The notes beneath the pieces are model-generated. The model had not been told where the DNA came from. It saw only the letters and a list, made by a program, of their open reading frames with translations, and did no database searches. Positions 34,866 to 48,274 of a stretch of 64,000 nt of DNA are shown piece by piece. Position numbers and translations under genes: made by a program. Position 1 is the stretch's first letter. Each line of letters starts with the position of its first letter. The stretch covers positions 558,001 to 622,000 of the forward strand of contig NW_027590217.1 in the NCBI RefSeq assembly GCF_964213995.1, in the 5' to 3' direction. Source of the DNA: Mustelus asterias (lineage: Eukaryota).

Positions 34866-36830
34866 CAAAGAACCAGTACAAGCACACTATGCCCCCCTCA
34901 ACACCCACCCTATCCCCCCCCCCGCCACAACACCCACCCTACACCTGGCCTCAACACCACCCAGCACAGGTCAGTGGGTTCTTACAGAACCAGTCCCCTG
35001 TCACACTCGAGATAAAACAGCGGAAAGACCTTTTTAGACGGAGTCTTTATCAGCGACAAGCAGAACACACAACCAGAACCAAACTCAGCCCCATCAGCAA
35101 TGATTGATGGAAACCGCACTGGAAATGTTTCGCTGACTGGGCTGCCTCCACACGCAGCAAATTGTTTCTGAGCTGGCAATGTTATCCAGCCTTGAATTTC
35201 CCCCTCCTGTGTTTGCCCTCCTGTTGCCTCCTTCACTGTTTCCCCCTCAAACCTCACTCAGCCAGGCCGTGTTGTGAAGCCTGGCCCAGGACTCACCGAG
35301 AGCACCCTGAGCTCGGCTAACCCGTCACTGATGCGGTTTAAAGAGTGATCTGATTTGATTTGATTTATTATTATCACATGTATTAACATCCAGTGAAAAG
35401 TATTGTTTCTTGCGCGCTATACAGACAAAGCATACTGTCCATAGAGAAGGAAAGGAGAGAGTGCAGAATGTAGTGTTACAGTCATAGCTAGGGTGTAGAG
35501 AAAGATCAACTTAATGTAAAAGTCTGACAGCATCAGGGAAGAAGCTGTTCTTGCGTCAGTCGGTATGTGACCTCAGACTTTTGTATCTTTTTCCTGACGG
35601 AAGAAGGTGGAAGAGAGAATGTCGGGGGTGCGTGGGGTCCTTAATTATGCTGGCTGCTTTTCCCCGAGGCAGCGGGAAGTGTAGACAGAGTCGATGGATG
35701 GGAGGCTGGTTTGCGTGATGGATTGGGCTATATTCATGACCTTATGTAGTTCCTTGCAGTCTTGGGCAGAGCAGGAGCCATACCAAGCTGTGATACAGGA
35801 ATGTCCCAAAAAACAGCAATGTTCCAAAACAGGAATGTTCCAAAACGGCAATGTCCCAAAACAGCAATGTCCCAAAAGCAAAGAACCAGCCCAAGCACAC
35901 TATCCCCCACCAACACGCACCCTATTCCCCCCCCAGAACACCCACTCTACACCTGGCCTCAATACCCACCCAGCACAGGTCAATGGGTTCTTACAGAACC
36001 GGTCCCCTGTCACACTTGAGATAAAGCAGCAGAAAGACCTTTTTAGACGGAGTCTTTATCAGCGACAAGCAGAACACACACCCAGAACCAAACTCAGCCC
36101 CATCAGCAATGATTGATGGAAACCGCACTGGAAATGTTTCGCTGACTGGGCTGCCTCCACACGCAGCAAATTGTTTCTGAGCTGGCAATGTTGTCCAGCC
36201 TTGAATATCCCCCTCCTGTGTTTGCCCTCTGTTGCCTCCTTCACTGTTTCCCCCTCAATTCTCACTCAGCCAGGTCGTGTTGTGAAGCCTGGTCCAGGAC
36301 TCACCGAGTCCACCCTGAGCTCGGCTAACCTGTCACTGATGGGGTTTAAGGAGTGATCTGATTTGATTTCATTTATTATTGTCACATGTATTAACATCCA
36401 GTGAAAAGTATTGTTTCTTGCGTGCTATACAGACAAAGCATACCGTTCATAGAGAAGGAAAGGAGAGAGTGTAGAATGTAGTGTTACAGTCATAGCTCGG
36501 GTGTAGAGAAAGATCAACTTAATGAGAGGTAGGTCCATTCAAAAGTCTGACAGCAGCAGGGAAGAAGCTGTTCTTGAGTCGGTTGGGACGTGACCTCAGA
36601 CTTTTGTATCTTTTTCCCGACGGAAGAAGGTGGAAGAGAGAATGTCCGGGGTGCGTGGGATCCTTGATTATGCTGGCTGCTTTTCCCGAGGCAGCGGGAA
36701 GTGTAGACAGAGTCAATGGATGGGAGGCTGGTTTGCGTGATGGATTGGGCTACATTCACGACCTTTTGCAGTTCCTTGCAGTCTTGGACAGAGCAGGAGC
36801 CCCATACCGAGCTGTGATACAACCAGAAAG
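34604..36830. repeat. ~1-kb tandem segmental duplication
   Basis: 34863-35795 matches 35876-36830 (minisatellite, unique DNA and LINE 3' end). Confidence 0.9.
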
Positions 36831-37090
36831 AATGCTTTCTCTGGTGCATCTGTAAAAGTTGGTGAGAATTGTAGCTGACATGTCAAATTTCCTTAGTCTT
36901 CTGAGAAAGTAGAGGTGTTGGTGGGACTTTCTTAACTATAGTGTTGACATGGGGGGACCAGGACAGGTTGTTGGTGATCTGGACACCTAAAAACTTGAAT
37001 CTCTCGACCATTCCTACTTCGTCCCCGTTGATGTAGACAGGGGCATGTTCTCCTCTACGCTTCCTGAAGTCGATGACAATCTCCATTGTT
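36357..37090 (-). mobile_element. Rex1/Babar-like 3' fragment (partial duplicate at ~35350-35795)
   Basis: EIVIDFRKR...FKFLGVQI peptide and (TTTGA)n tail. Confidence 0.82.
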
Positions 37091-38189
37091 TTGTAGACAT
37101 TGAGAGAGAGTGCGGGGGAACAGTTCAGTAACCATCGTTACCCAAGTATATTTCACAAGGGTTGATCTTGTGGTCGGTGCAGATTCGATGGGCCGAATAG
37201 CCTCTTTCTGTACTGTGGGGTTTCTATGATTTCTATGATCTATTGGACACTCTCCCTGACAATTGGACACGGAGGCGCAGGGATTATGTTCCTGGATCAG
37301 GAATCCAGAGGCCTGGATTAATCCAATAAATTCATCAATATCACCAGCTTGAAAGTTTGAGGTCAGCTTAGTAATCAGTTAAAAAGGTTCCGCATCATTA
37401 AAGACCATAAATGTCCTTTCAGGATGGAGAACTGCCACTCCTACATGGAGTGCCCAATATGTGACTCCTGTTCCACACTGAATCTTAACTCCCTCTGAAG
37501 CAGCCCCAGCGAACCACACGGCCAAATAGAACCACCAGCAACATCACCACCTCCTCAGGGTAAGCAGGGGATGGGGGCTGGAAATCCCAGCCTGACCAGG
37601 GGCACCCACACCCCGAGAACAAATTCATCAAATATCCATGAGGGGGATTTTGGGAGCCGGGGTTTTTCATTATTTTTAATTTTAATTGTGGAAATATAAC
37701 TGGCTTTCTGCTGATCCAGAGATTTTGGATATGAACAGCCATCCACAATCCAGTTATAAACAGGTTGTTTGTGAGCATAGAACTAAAGGAAGGAGCTGGG
37801 TGAATATCATTGTCCCTGTTGTTGGGACAGGTCCTGACGGAGATCATCAATACTACAGGGAACAGAATGGATCCTGTCAGGAAAGAGGATCCAGACACAT
37901 TCCTGATGGAGGTGTGAGGATTGATGAATTTTCAGGAGAGTTTCTCCAAGTGTATTTGGCAGCCGGACAGTTTTTCTCCAGAGATTTTCTCGGGAGATTA
38001 AATGTATTTAGAGTTCATGATCGGGGAGAGTTTACAGAGTATCTGGTAAGAGATTAAATCGGTGATAATCCCAGGACAGTGTAGATTGTACATGGGCTGT
38101 GGAAGGAGATTAATTGGGTGATAATCCCAGGACAGTGTAGATTGTACATGGGCTGTTTCTGGGTCACAGGGTGAATTCCCTGTGTTGTT

Positions 38190-40080
38190 AACTAAACTAA
38201 ACTAGCTCAAAATATAAAAAATGATAGTAAAAGTTTTTACAAGTATATAAAAAGGAATAGAGTGGCTAGAGTGAATGTTGGACCCTTGGAGGACGAGAGG
38301 GGGGATTTAATAGTGGAAAACGAGGAAATGGCTGAGACTTTAAATAAGTTCTTTGTGTCGGTCTTCACGGTGGAAGACACAAATAGTTTGCCGAATATTA
38401 GAGATCGAGAGTTGGTGGGAGGGGAGGTCCTTAATACAATTACTGTTACTAAGGAGGTGGTGCTTGGTAGACTAATAGGACTGAAGGTAGACAAGTCCCC
38501 GGGCCCGGATGGAATGCATCCCAGGGTACTGAAAGAAATGGCTGAGGTAATGGCAGATGCGTTAGTAGTAATTTATCAAAATTCGCTGGACTCTGGGGTA
38601 GTGCCGGCTGACTGGAAAACAGCTACTGTTACGCCGCTGTTTAAAAAAGGAAGTAGACAAAAGGCGGGTAACTACAGGCCGGTTAGCTTGACGTCCGTAG
38701 TTGGGAAGATGCTAGAGTCCATTATTAAAGAGGAAATAACAGAGCACCTGAATAAGAATGGTTCAATCAAGCAGACGCAGCATGGATTCATGAAGGGAAA
38801 GTCGTGTTTGACGAATCTACTGGACTTTTATGAAGATGTCACTAGTGCGGTTGACAGAGGGGAACCGGTGGATGTGGTGTTTTTAGATTTCCAGAAGGCG
38901 TTCGATAAGGTGCCTCACAAAAGGTTGCTGCAGAAGATTGGGGTACACGGAGTTAGGGGTAAGGTGTTGGCGTGGATTGGGGATTGGCTATCTAACAGGA
39001 AGCAGAGAGTTGGGATAAATGGGTGCTTTTCTGGTTGGCAGTTGGTGACCAGTGGCGTGCCGCAGGGATCGGTGCTGGGGCCTCAATTGTTTACCATTTA
39101 CATAGATGATCTGGAGGAGGGGACTGAATGTAGGGTATTCAAGTTTGCTGATGACACGAAGGTGAGTGGGAAAGCGAATTGCGTGGAGGACGCGGAAAGT
39201 CTGCAGAGAGATTTGGATAGGCTGAGCGAGTGGGCGAGGATCTGGCAGATGGAATATAACGTTAGCAAATGTGAGGTTATCCACTTTGGAAGAAATAATA
39301 GTAAATTGGAATATTATTTAAATGGAGAAAAATTACATCGTGCGACTGTGCAGAGGGACCTGGGGGTCCTTGTGCACGAATCGCAAAAGCTCAGTCTGCA
39401 GGTGCAGCAGGTGATCAAGAAGGCGAATGGAATGTTGGCCTTTATCGCGAGAGGGATAGAATATAAAAGCAGGGAGGTCTTGTTGCAACTGTACAAGGCA
39501 CTGGTGAGGCCGCAACTGGAGTACTGTGTGCAGTTTTGGTCCCCTTATTTGCAAAAGGATATATTGGCCTTGGAGGGAGTGCAGAGAAGGTTCACCAGGT
39601 TGATACCGGAGATGAGGGGTGTTGATTATGAGGAGAGATTAAACAGATTGGGTCTGTACTCGTTGGAGTTTAGAAGGATGAGGGGTGATCTTATAGAGAC
39701 ATATAAGATAATGAAGGGACTGGATAGGGTAGAGGTGGAGAGATTGTTTCCACTTAGAAGGGAAACCAGAACTAGAGGGCACAGCCTCAAAATAAGGGGG
39801 GGCCGGTTCAGAACAGAGTTGAGGGGGAACTTCTTCTCTCAGAGGGTAGTGAATCTCTGGAATTCTCTGCCCATTGAAATGGTGGAGGCTTCCTCGTTGA
39901 ATATGTTTAAATCACGGGTAGATAGTTTTCTGATCGATAAGGGAATTAGGGGTTATGGGGAGCAGGCGGGTAAGTGGAACTGATTCGCTTCAGATCAGCC
40001 AAGATCTTGTTGAATGGCGGGGCAGGCTCGAAGGGCCAGATGGCCTACTCCTGCTCCTATTTCTTATGTCCTTATGTTCT
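38190..40080 (+). mobile_element. 5'-truncated young CR1-clade LINE with an intact RT-containing ORF2 fragment (38262-39983)
   Basis: 573-aa stop-free ORF with KSPGPDG, DFQKAFDKV, GVPQGSVLGP and FADD motifs, plus 3' UTR ending in (TTCTTATG)-like repeats. No endonuclease domain. Confidence 0.95.
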
Positions 40081-40599
40081 TAACCAGTTAATCAGCACCT
40101 TCAATCTGAGGTCATCTCAATTTTCCTGATGAACCAAACCAATGTCTTTCTTTAAATACTTGACCAAGTTCCTCAAGATTTCAGCTGAAGAATGTCCATT
40201 TTAGAGACAGTTTAATGCTGTTCCTGTCCAAGGGACAGATTGTTCTCCACTCGAGCAGGGAGATTGGGTTTTGAGCCTCTTTTACCTTCAAACATTCGGT
40301 CCTGTTGGCCTGATCTCTTTTGGGTAAATTTAAGAATTGTTTATTGGTGTGGGTCACGAAATCAGAACCGTATTTCCATATGTAAAACACTGTGCTTATT
40401 CTTTTTAGTAACACTGCTCCCTCTGGGAGGTCCCCTGTTCAGTTTAAGTGGTGCCGCTAACTCCTACAGGAAGCATAAGGAGAAGGAAATAGACCTGAGG
40501 TTGTTGCCAAGTTTCACACGTCTGAAAACGAAGAGTGAAAATATCAAACCTGTTTCTCATAACTCAACAGCTGCACATTGAGAGATTCTGCTCAAAGAC

Positions 40600-41620
40600 A
40601 TTGGAGAATCAGAATGGGAGTAGACCATTCGGCCCCTCGCTGCTGTTCTGTCATTCAGTTCAACCATGGCTGATAGAAATATAGAAACTCGAAGCAGGAG
40701 GAGGCCCTTCAGCCCTTCGAACCTACTTTGTCATTCATTATGATCATGGCTGATCATCGAATTCAGTATCCTGATCCCCCCTTCCTCCCATATCCCTTGA
40801 TTCCTTTCGCCCCAAGAGTGATATCTAATTCCTTCTTGAAATCACACACCGCTTTGGTAGTGAATTCTACAGATTCTCCACCCTCTGGGTGAAGACATTT
40901 CTCCTTAGCTCAGTTCTAAAAGGTTTACCCCTTATCCTCAAACTATGACCCCTAGTTCTGGGCACCCCCCACCATCGGGAACATTCTTTCTGAATCTACT
41001 CAGTCTCATCCTGTTAGAATTTTATAAGTTTCGGTGAGATCCCCTCTCACTCTTCTAAACTCCAGTGAATATAATCCTCACCGACTTAGTGTCTCCTCAT
41101 ATGACAGTCCTGCCATCCCAGGAATCAGCCTGGTAAACCTTCACTGCACTCCCTCTATAGCAAGGACACGGTAGCACAGTGGGGGGCGGCACGGTAGCAC
41201 AGTGGGGGGCGGCACGGTAGCACAGTGGTTAGCACTGCTGCTTCACAGCTCCAGGGTCCCGGGTTCGATTCCCGGCTCGGGTCACTGTCTGTGTGGAGTT
41301 TGCACATTCTCCTCGTGTCTGCGTGGGTTTCCTCCGGGTGCTCCGGTTTCCTCCCACAGTCCAAAGATGTGCGGGTTAGGTTGATTGGCCAGGTTAAAAA
41401 AATTGCCCCTTAGAGTCCTGGGATGCGTAGGTTAGAGGGATTAGCGGGTAAATATGTGGGGTGGGATTGTGGTCGGTGCAGACTCGATGGGCCGAATGGC
41501 CTCCTTCTGCACTGTAGGGTTTCTATGATTCTATGATTTCTATCCTTCCTCAGATAAGGACACCAAAACTGCACACAATACTCCAGCTGTGGTCTCACCA
41601 ATGCCCTATACAATTGCATC
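40600..41620 (-). mobile_element. CR1 3' fragment interrupted by a SINE (41165-41540)
   Basis: LYRALVRPQLEYCVQFW peptide continuing across the SINE. Confidence 0.8.
41165..41540 (+). mobile_element. HE1-like V-SINE with a triplicated 5' end
   Basis: CACGGTAGCACAGTGG occurs three times at 41167-41228. Confidence 0.88.
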
Positions 41621-41949
41621 TGTACCTTGACTCCATTTAACTGCCTTGTTTCTAGATCCTTCAATTCTTGTACTTTAACCAAATTCTGTCAATCCCAATA
41701 TTGAGTTTTCCAGTTGACCTTCCAGCCTCAATGTCGTTTCAGGTTTGAGATTTCCAGATGTTCACCATGCTTTGTGTGAAGAAATACTTCCTGAAATCAC
41801 CCCTCAACCACCTGGCTCAGAGTTTTGGGTTCTGTCCACTTGTTCTCGACAGCCCCAACCCCCAGCAAGGAGATAGTTTCCCTCGATATACCCCAGCAAA
41901 TCTTTTCATGAACTGAAACTCCTCAAGTCGATAGTCCTTTAATCTTCTA

Positions 41950-42660
41950 TTTTGATTTGATTTGATTTATTATTGTCACATGTATTAACAGCCAGTGAAA
42001 AGTATTGTTTCTTGCACGCTATACAGACAAAGCAAACCATTCATAGAGAAGGAAAGGAGAGGGTGCAGAATGTAGTGTTACAGTCATAGCTAGGGTGTAG
42101 AGAAAGATCAACTTAATGCGAGGTAGGCCCATTCAAAAGTCTGACAGCAGCAGGGAAGAAGCTGTTCTTGAGTCAGTTGGTACATGTCCTCAGACTTTTG
42201 TATCTTTTGCTCGACGGAAGAAGGTGGAAGAGAGAATGTCCGGGGGTGCGTGGGGGGGGGGGGTCCTTAATTATGTTGGCTGCTTTTCCGAGGCAGCGGA
42301 AAGTGTAGACAGAGTCAATGGATGGGAGGCTGGTTTGCGTGATGGATTGGGCTACATTCATGACCTTTTGTAGTTCCTTGCGGTCTTGGGCAGAGCAGGA
42401 GCCCCATACCAAGCTGTGATACAACCAGAAAGAATGCTTTCTATGGTGCATCTGTCAAAGTTGGTGAGAGTCGTAGCTGACATGCCAAATTTCCTTAGTC
42501 TTCTGAGAAAGTAGAGGCGTTGGTGGGGCTTTCTTAACTATAGTGTCGGCATGGGGGGGACCAGGACAGGTTGTTGGTGACCTGGACACCTAAAAACTTG
42601 AAGCTCTCGCCCCTTTCTACTTCGTCCCCGTTGATGTAGACAGGGGCATGTTCTCCTTTA
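41950..42660 (-). mobile_element. Rex1/Babar-like 3' fragment
   Basis: Same family sequence and tail. Confidence 0.82.
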
Positions 42661-42964
42661 CTCTATTTCCTATATTTGAGGGAATATGAGTCTAATCAAT
42701 GCAGCTTGTCCACAGAATTTAACCCTTTCTGCCCCGACACCATTCTGGTAAATCCCACTCCAAACCCAGTCCATCCTTCCTGAGCTGTGGTGCCCAGAAC
42801 TGAACACAATTCTGTACAAGTGATCAAACCAGAACTCTGTTAAACTGGAGCATGGTGTCCACCGCTTTGTGTTCCAATGTTCATCACCAGACACTGCACA
42901 TTGAGAGATTCAGTTCAAATCTGCTCTAATTAAAACCCAAAACCTACCAGTTATCACTCACACA

Positions 42965-43400
42965 TGAAGTATGAGGAACGGTTGAGGACTCTGGGTCTGT
43001 ACTTGTTGGAGTTTAGAAGGATGAGGGGGAATCTTATTGAAAGCCACAGGATACTGCGAGGCCTGGATAGAGTAGACATGGAGAGGATGTTTCCACGAGT
43101 AGGAACAACTGGAAGCAGAGGGCACAACCTCAGGCTAAAGGGATGATCCTTTAAAACAGGAGGAATTTCTTCAGCCAGAGAGTGATGCATCTGTGGAACT
43201 CTTTGCCACAGAAGGCTGTGGAGGCCGGGTCATTGAGTGTCTTGAAGATAGATACGCTCTTGATTAATAAGGGGATCAGGGGTTATGGGGAAAAGGCAGG
43301 AGAATGGGGATGAGAAAAATATCAGCCATGATTGAATGGTGGAGCAGACTCGATGGGCCAAGTGGCCTAATTCTGCTCCCATGTCTTATGGTCTTATGAT
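42965..43400 (+). mobile_element. CR1 3' fragment
   Basis: [11 protein letters not shown] peptide. Confidence 0.85.
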
Positions 43401-44049
43401 CTAAACTTTCCACCTTTCCCCTTGTGTCTGACAGGATTGGTCAGTTCGCGCTGCTGCCTCACAGCGCCAGGGACCCTGGTTCGATTCCTGGCTTGGATCA
43501 CTGTCTATGTGGGGTTTGCACATTCACCCCGTGTCTGCATGGGTTTCCTCCGGGTGCTCCGCTTTCCTCTCACAGTCTGAAAGACATGCTGGTCAGGGTG
43601 CATTGGCCGTGCTAAATTCTCCCTCAGTGTACCCGAGCCGGTGTCGGAGTGTGGCGACTGGGGGATTCTCACAGTAACTTCACTGCAGTGTTAATGTAAG
43701 CCGACTTGTGCCACTAATTAATAAACTTCTAAATCTTTTTTTTCAATATTTATTTCAATTAGCTTTGTGATTGGTGTAAATGACATCCTCTGTGACTGTG
43801 ACCATGGTGCACTGTCCCTCCTCATCCTGTTGAACCTGTCTGCAGCCTTTCACACCACTGACCACATCATCATCATCCAATGTCTCTTCTTCATTGTCCA
43901 GCAGAGTGGTTCCACGCCTGGTTCCACTCTTACCTGTCCAGTCATAGCCAGAGAATCACCTCCATTGCCTTCCCTTCCTGCCTCAACACCATTCCCTCTG
44001 GAGCCTCTCCTTGGTCTCCTTCCGATTGACAATCATCTTAAATCTGTGC

Positions 44050-45990
44050 TCTCTGGAGTCAGGATAAATGACTCTTTATCTGGTTGGGAAGACGTAACTA
44101 ACGGAGTGCCACAGAGCTTGGTCCTCAGGCCCCAACTCCTTACAATCTATATTAATGACTTGGATGCAGGGATGGTCGGTACCACAGGCAGATTTTCAGA
44201 TGACACTAAAATAGGTGGGAGATTCCAAGTTGCGATAATGAAATAAGAAGTTTGCAAATGAATATGGACAGGTTAAGTGAATGGGGCAAAAGTTGGCAGA
44301 TGGAGTTTAACGTGGATAAGTGTGAGGTTATCCATTTTGGTCGGAAAAATACAAAGACAAGTTGTTGTCTAATTGGAGAGAAACTTTGTCGTACCTCGGT
44401 GCAGAGGGATCTGGGTGTCCTCGTGCATGGATCGCAGAAAACTAGTGTGCAGGTACAGCAGGTAATGAGGATAATCTCTCCCTCAATTTCAAAAAAACGA
44501 AGGAGATTGTCATCGATTTCAGGAAGCGTAAAGGAGAACATGCCCCTGTCTACATCAACGGGGATGAAGTAGAAGGGTCGAGAGCTTCAAGCTTTTACGT
44601 GTCCAGATCACCAACAACCTGTCCTGGTCCCCCCCATGCCGACACTATGATTAAGAAAACCCACCAATGCCTCTACTTTCTCAGAAGACTGAGGAAATTT
44701 GGCATGTCAGCTACGACTCTCACCAACTTTTACAGATGCACCAGAGAAAGCATTCTTTCTGGTTGTATCACAGCTCGGTATGGGGCTCCTGCTCTGCCCA
44801 AGACCGCAAGGAACTACAAACGATCGTGAATGTAGCCCAATCCATCACGCAGACCAGCCTCCCATCCATTGACTCTGTCTACACTTCCCGCTGCCTCGGG
44901 AAAAGCAGCCAGCATAATTAAGGACCCCACGCACCCCAGACATTCTCTCTTCCACCTTCTTCCGTCGGGAAAAAGATACAAAAGTCTGAGGTCACATACC
45001 AACCGACTCAAGAACAGCTTCTCCCCTGCTGCTGTCAGACTTTTGAATGGACCTACCTCGCATTAAGTTGATTTTTCTCTGCACCCTAGCTATGACTGTA
45101 ACACTACATTCTGCACTGTCTTGTTTCCTTCTCTATGTACGGTATGCTTTGTTTGTATCGCGCGCTAGGAACAATACTCTTCACTGTATACTTATACATG
45201 TGACAATAATAAATCAAATCAAATCAAAAAAATGTGAGGTTATCCATTTTGATAGGAAAAATACAAAGGCAAGTTGTTATCTAGTTGGAGAGAAGCTGCG
45301 TAGTATCTCGATGCAGAGGGATCTGGGTGTCCTCGTGCATGAATCGCAGAAAAGTAGTTTGCAGGTACAGCAGGTAATGAGGAATGCGAATGGAATCTTG
45401 GCATTTATTGCGAAAGGAATAGAGTATAAAAGTAGTGAAGTGTTGCTGCTACTGTACAAAGCATTAGTGAGACCGCACTGAGAATATTGTGTACAGTTTG
45501 GGTCCCCTTACTTGAGGAGGAATGTAGTTACATTGGAGGCAGTTCAGAGGAGGTTCACGAGATTGATTCCAGGGATGAGGAGCTTGTCTTGCGTAGAGAC
45601 ATTGGGCAGTTTAGAAGAATGAGAGGAGACCTCATTGAGGTGTACAAGATGATCAGGGGGATTGACAAAGTAGATGTGGAGAGGCTGCTTCCTCTTGTAG
45701 GGCAATCTTGGACAGGAGGTCATAGCTTTAGGATAAAGGGGAGTAAATTTGAAACAGAGATGAAGTTAAATTATTTCTCTCAAAGAATCGGGAGTCTGTG
45801 GAATTCACTATCCCAGAGTGTGGTGGGTGCCGGGACAGTGAGTAAATGTAAGGAAGAGGTGGGCTGATTTTTACTGAGTAATGGGTTGAAGAGAACGGAC
45901 AGGAAAGTGGAGTTGGGGCTGAGATGAGATCAGCCATGATCATATTGAATGGTGGAGCCAGCTCGAGGGGCCTGATCCTTGTTCTATGTT
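44050..45990 (+). mobile_element. CR1 fragment with a nested Rex1/Babar-like insertion (~44475-45226)
   Basis: CR1 RT peptides on both sides of a RCTRESILSGCITA-type fragment with an (ATCAA)n tail. Confidence 0.8.
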
Positions 45991-47224
45991 CTTATTTTTT
46001 TATAGGGACAACTGCTGTGGCAGGTTTACGAGTCTACCCCCCACGGGCCCTCTGCTCCTTTGGAGGAGTTTGGGACTTTGATTCCTCCAGGTGGTCTCTC
46101 GCACTGAGCAGGGCAGAAGGAGAATGAACAGATGACTCTGGTTCAACAATCAGGCCGTAATCTGGGTCTCTCGATGAATGCAGCATCTCTGTCCAGTTGT
46201 ATAGACGACTGCTTCAACCGTTTGGTAGGTTGCTCTGTGCAGAAACTAGTGCACACCTGTTCCATTGCACTGAACTATTTTCAGTTTGAATGAGGAGGGA
46301 TTGCAGATGTGGAGTCCATTCGACCTCTTGTCCATAATGTGCTTGGTCCCAGATCCAAACTGGCTCTTCTGGCCAGAGGTTTGGAGTGTTTGTCACGGTT
46401 CCACACTTGACTGGAACGATATTCATCCTCCTTCTCCTTCACCTTTTCCAAGTTATCATCCTGTAAGCGTGGCTCGTGGGCGAGTCAGGTGTTGAGTCCC
46501 CAGTCACCTTCCCACGGAGATGGAGCTATTCCATTTGGAGTGGAATTGAACTCTTGAAAGTATTCGTTGGCAAATGATGGTCCTTTATTCGTATGGGATT
46601 TTCACAGTAACTTCATTACAGTGTGAATGTAAGCCTACTTGTGACTAATAAATAAAACTTTAACTTTTAGCTAAACTTGCAAGGTCTGGGATTTCATGTG
46701 TCGCAAAAATCTCTTTCAACAATATTTTGATTTGATTTGATTTGATTTATTATTGTCACCTGTATTGGGATACAGTGAAAAGTATTGTTTCTTGTGCACT
46801 ATACAGACAAAGCATACCGTTCATAGAGAAGGAAAGGAGAGAGTGCAGAATGTAGCGTTACAGTTATAGCTCGGGTGCACAGAAAGATCAACTTAGTGCG
46901 AGGTCGGTCCATTCGAAAGTCTGATGGCAGCAGGGAAGACGTAATCACTACTTGAGACGTGTGATCCCACAGCTGATCGACTTCGATCCAGTAATCTACT
47001 ACCATCAAGAACATTTTACCTCTGTGCTCGAAGAGTCCATCCCAAGACATTCCCATGGTCATGATGGAAAGGATGACATCAATGGTTCTCCTGTCCCCTG
47101 ATGTAATCGTGGAGACATTTTAGCCAGTTCCTTAGCAATTAAGCATCTCATTCAGGGTTTGTGGCCTGTCTCCATGTTGGAATGGAGACCAGAAAAATAA
47201 TCAGCAACCTTTTCCACAAGAATC

Positions 47225-48180
47225 ATCGAATCCCTGCAGTGCAGAAGGAGTAAGAAGTTTCACAACACCAGGTTAAAGTCCAACAGGTTTATTTGGCAGC
47301 AAAAGCAGAAGGAGGCCATTCAGCCCATCGAGTCTGCACCAACAGCAATCCAACCCAGACCCTATTCCCATAACCCCTCATATTTACCCTGCTAATCCCC
47401 CTGACACTAGGGTTAATTTAGCATGGCCAATCCACCTAACCCACACATCTTTGTCGTGTGGAAGGAAACCGGAGCACCCAGAGGAAACCCACACAGACAC
47501 AAGAGAATGTGCAGACTCCACACAGAGAGTGACCTGAGGCTGGAATTGAACCCGGATCCCTGGTGCTGTGGGGCAGCAGCGCTAACCCACTGTGCCACCG
47601 TGCCGCCCGATTTAACAGCGAGTGCTTCCTTCTCTATCGCTGTATCTCTCTGTTCAGTCTCTGTCTGTGCACAGAGTGCATTGTGAGGTGGTATATAGAA
47701 CATAGGACTTCGGAGAAGGAGTAGATCATTCGGCCCTTCGAGCCTGTTCCACCATTACATAATATCATGGTTGGTCTGGTCTATGATTTCCAACCATCTG
47801 GACCGCAAAGAGTGCAGCTCCCAATCCTGTAGATGATGGGTCTGCAGCAACGATATTGGGTGGGTTATCGAGAGCTAAAATATCAGGTGATATTTTATTA
47901 TTAGAAGGGCGGCACAGTGGTTAGCAACCTGCTGCCTCACAGCGCCAGGGACCCGGGTTCAATTCCCGGCTTGGGTCACTGTCTGTGTGGTGTTTGCACA
48001 TTCTCCCCGTGTCTGCGTGGGTTTCCTCCGGGTGCTCCGGTTTCCTCCCACAGTCCAAAGATGTGCAGGTTAGGTGGATTGGCCATGGTCGATGTGTTGG
48101 GTTATGGGGATAGGGTGGGATTGTGGGCCTGGGTAAAATAGTCTCTCAGAATGTCGGTGCAGACTCGATCTGTACTGTAG
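47225..48180. mobile_element. Two HE1-like V-SINEs (47225-47608 minus; 47908-48180 plus)
   Basis: Consensus matches. Confidence 0.82.
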
Positions 48181-48274
48181 GGCTGCTACGCTATCAGCAA
48201 CCCTTTCATTTCCTTCAAAGACCTCTGTCGTGCTTCTTCCCAGCCCCATGTATTGCCTTGTTGTCACAGCTGAC

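Noticed and set aside
34490-35107. 205-aa repetitive ORF
   Set aside because: Product of the AAAACAGCAATGTCCC minisatellite.
37485-38057. Overlapping 123- and 137-aa ORFs in unique DNA
   Set aside because: No recognisable motifs or exon structure.
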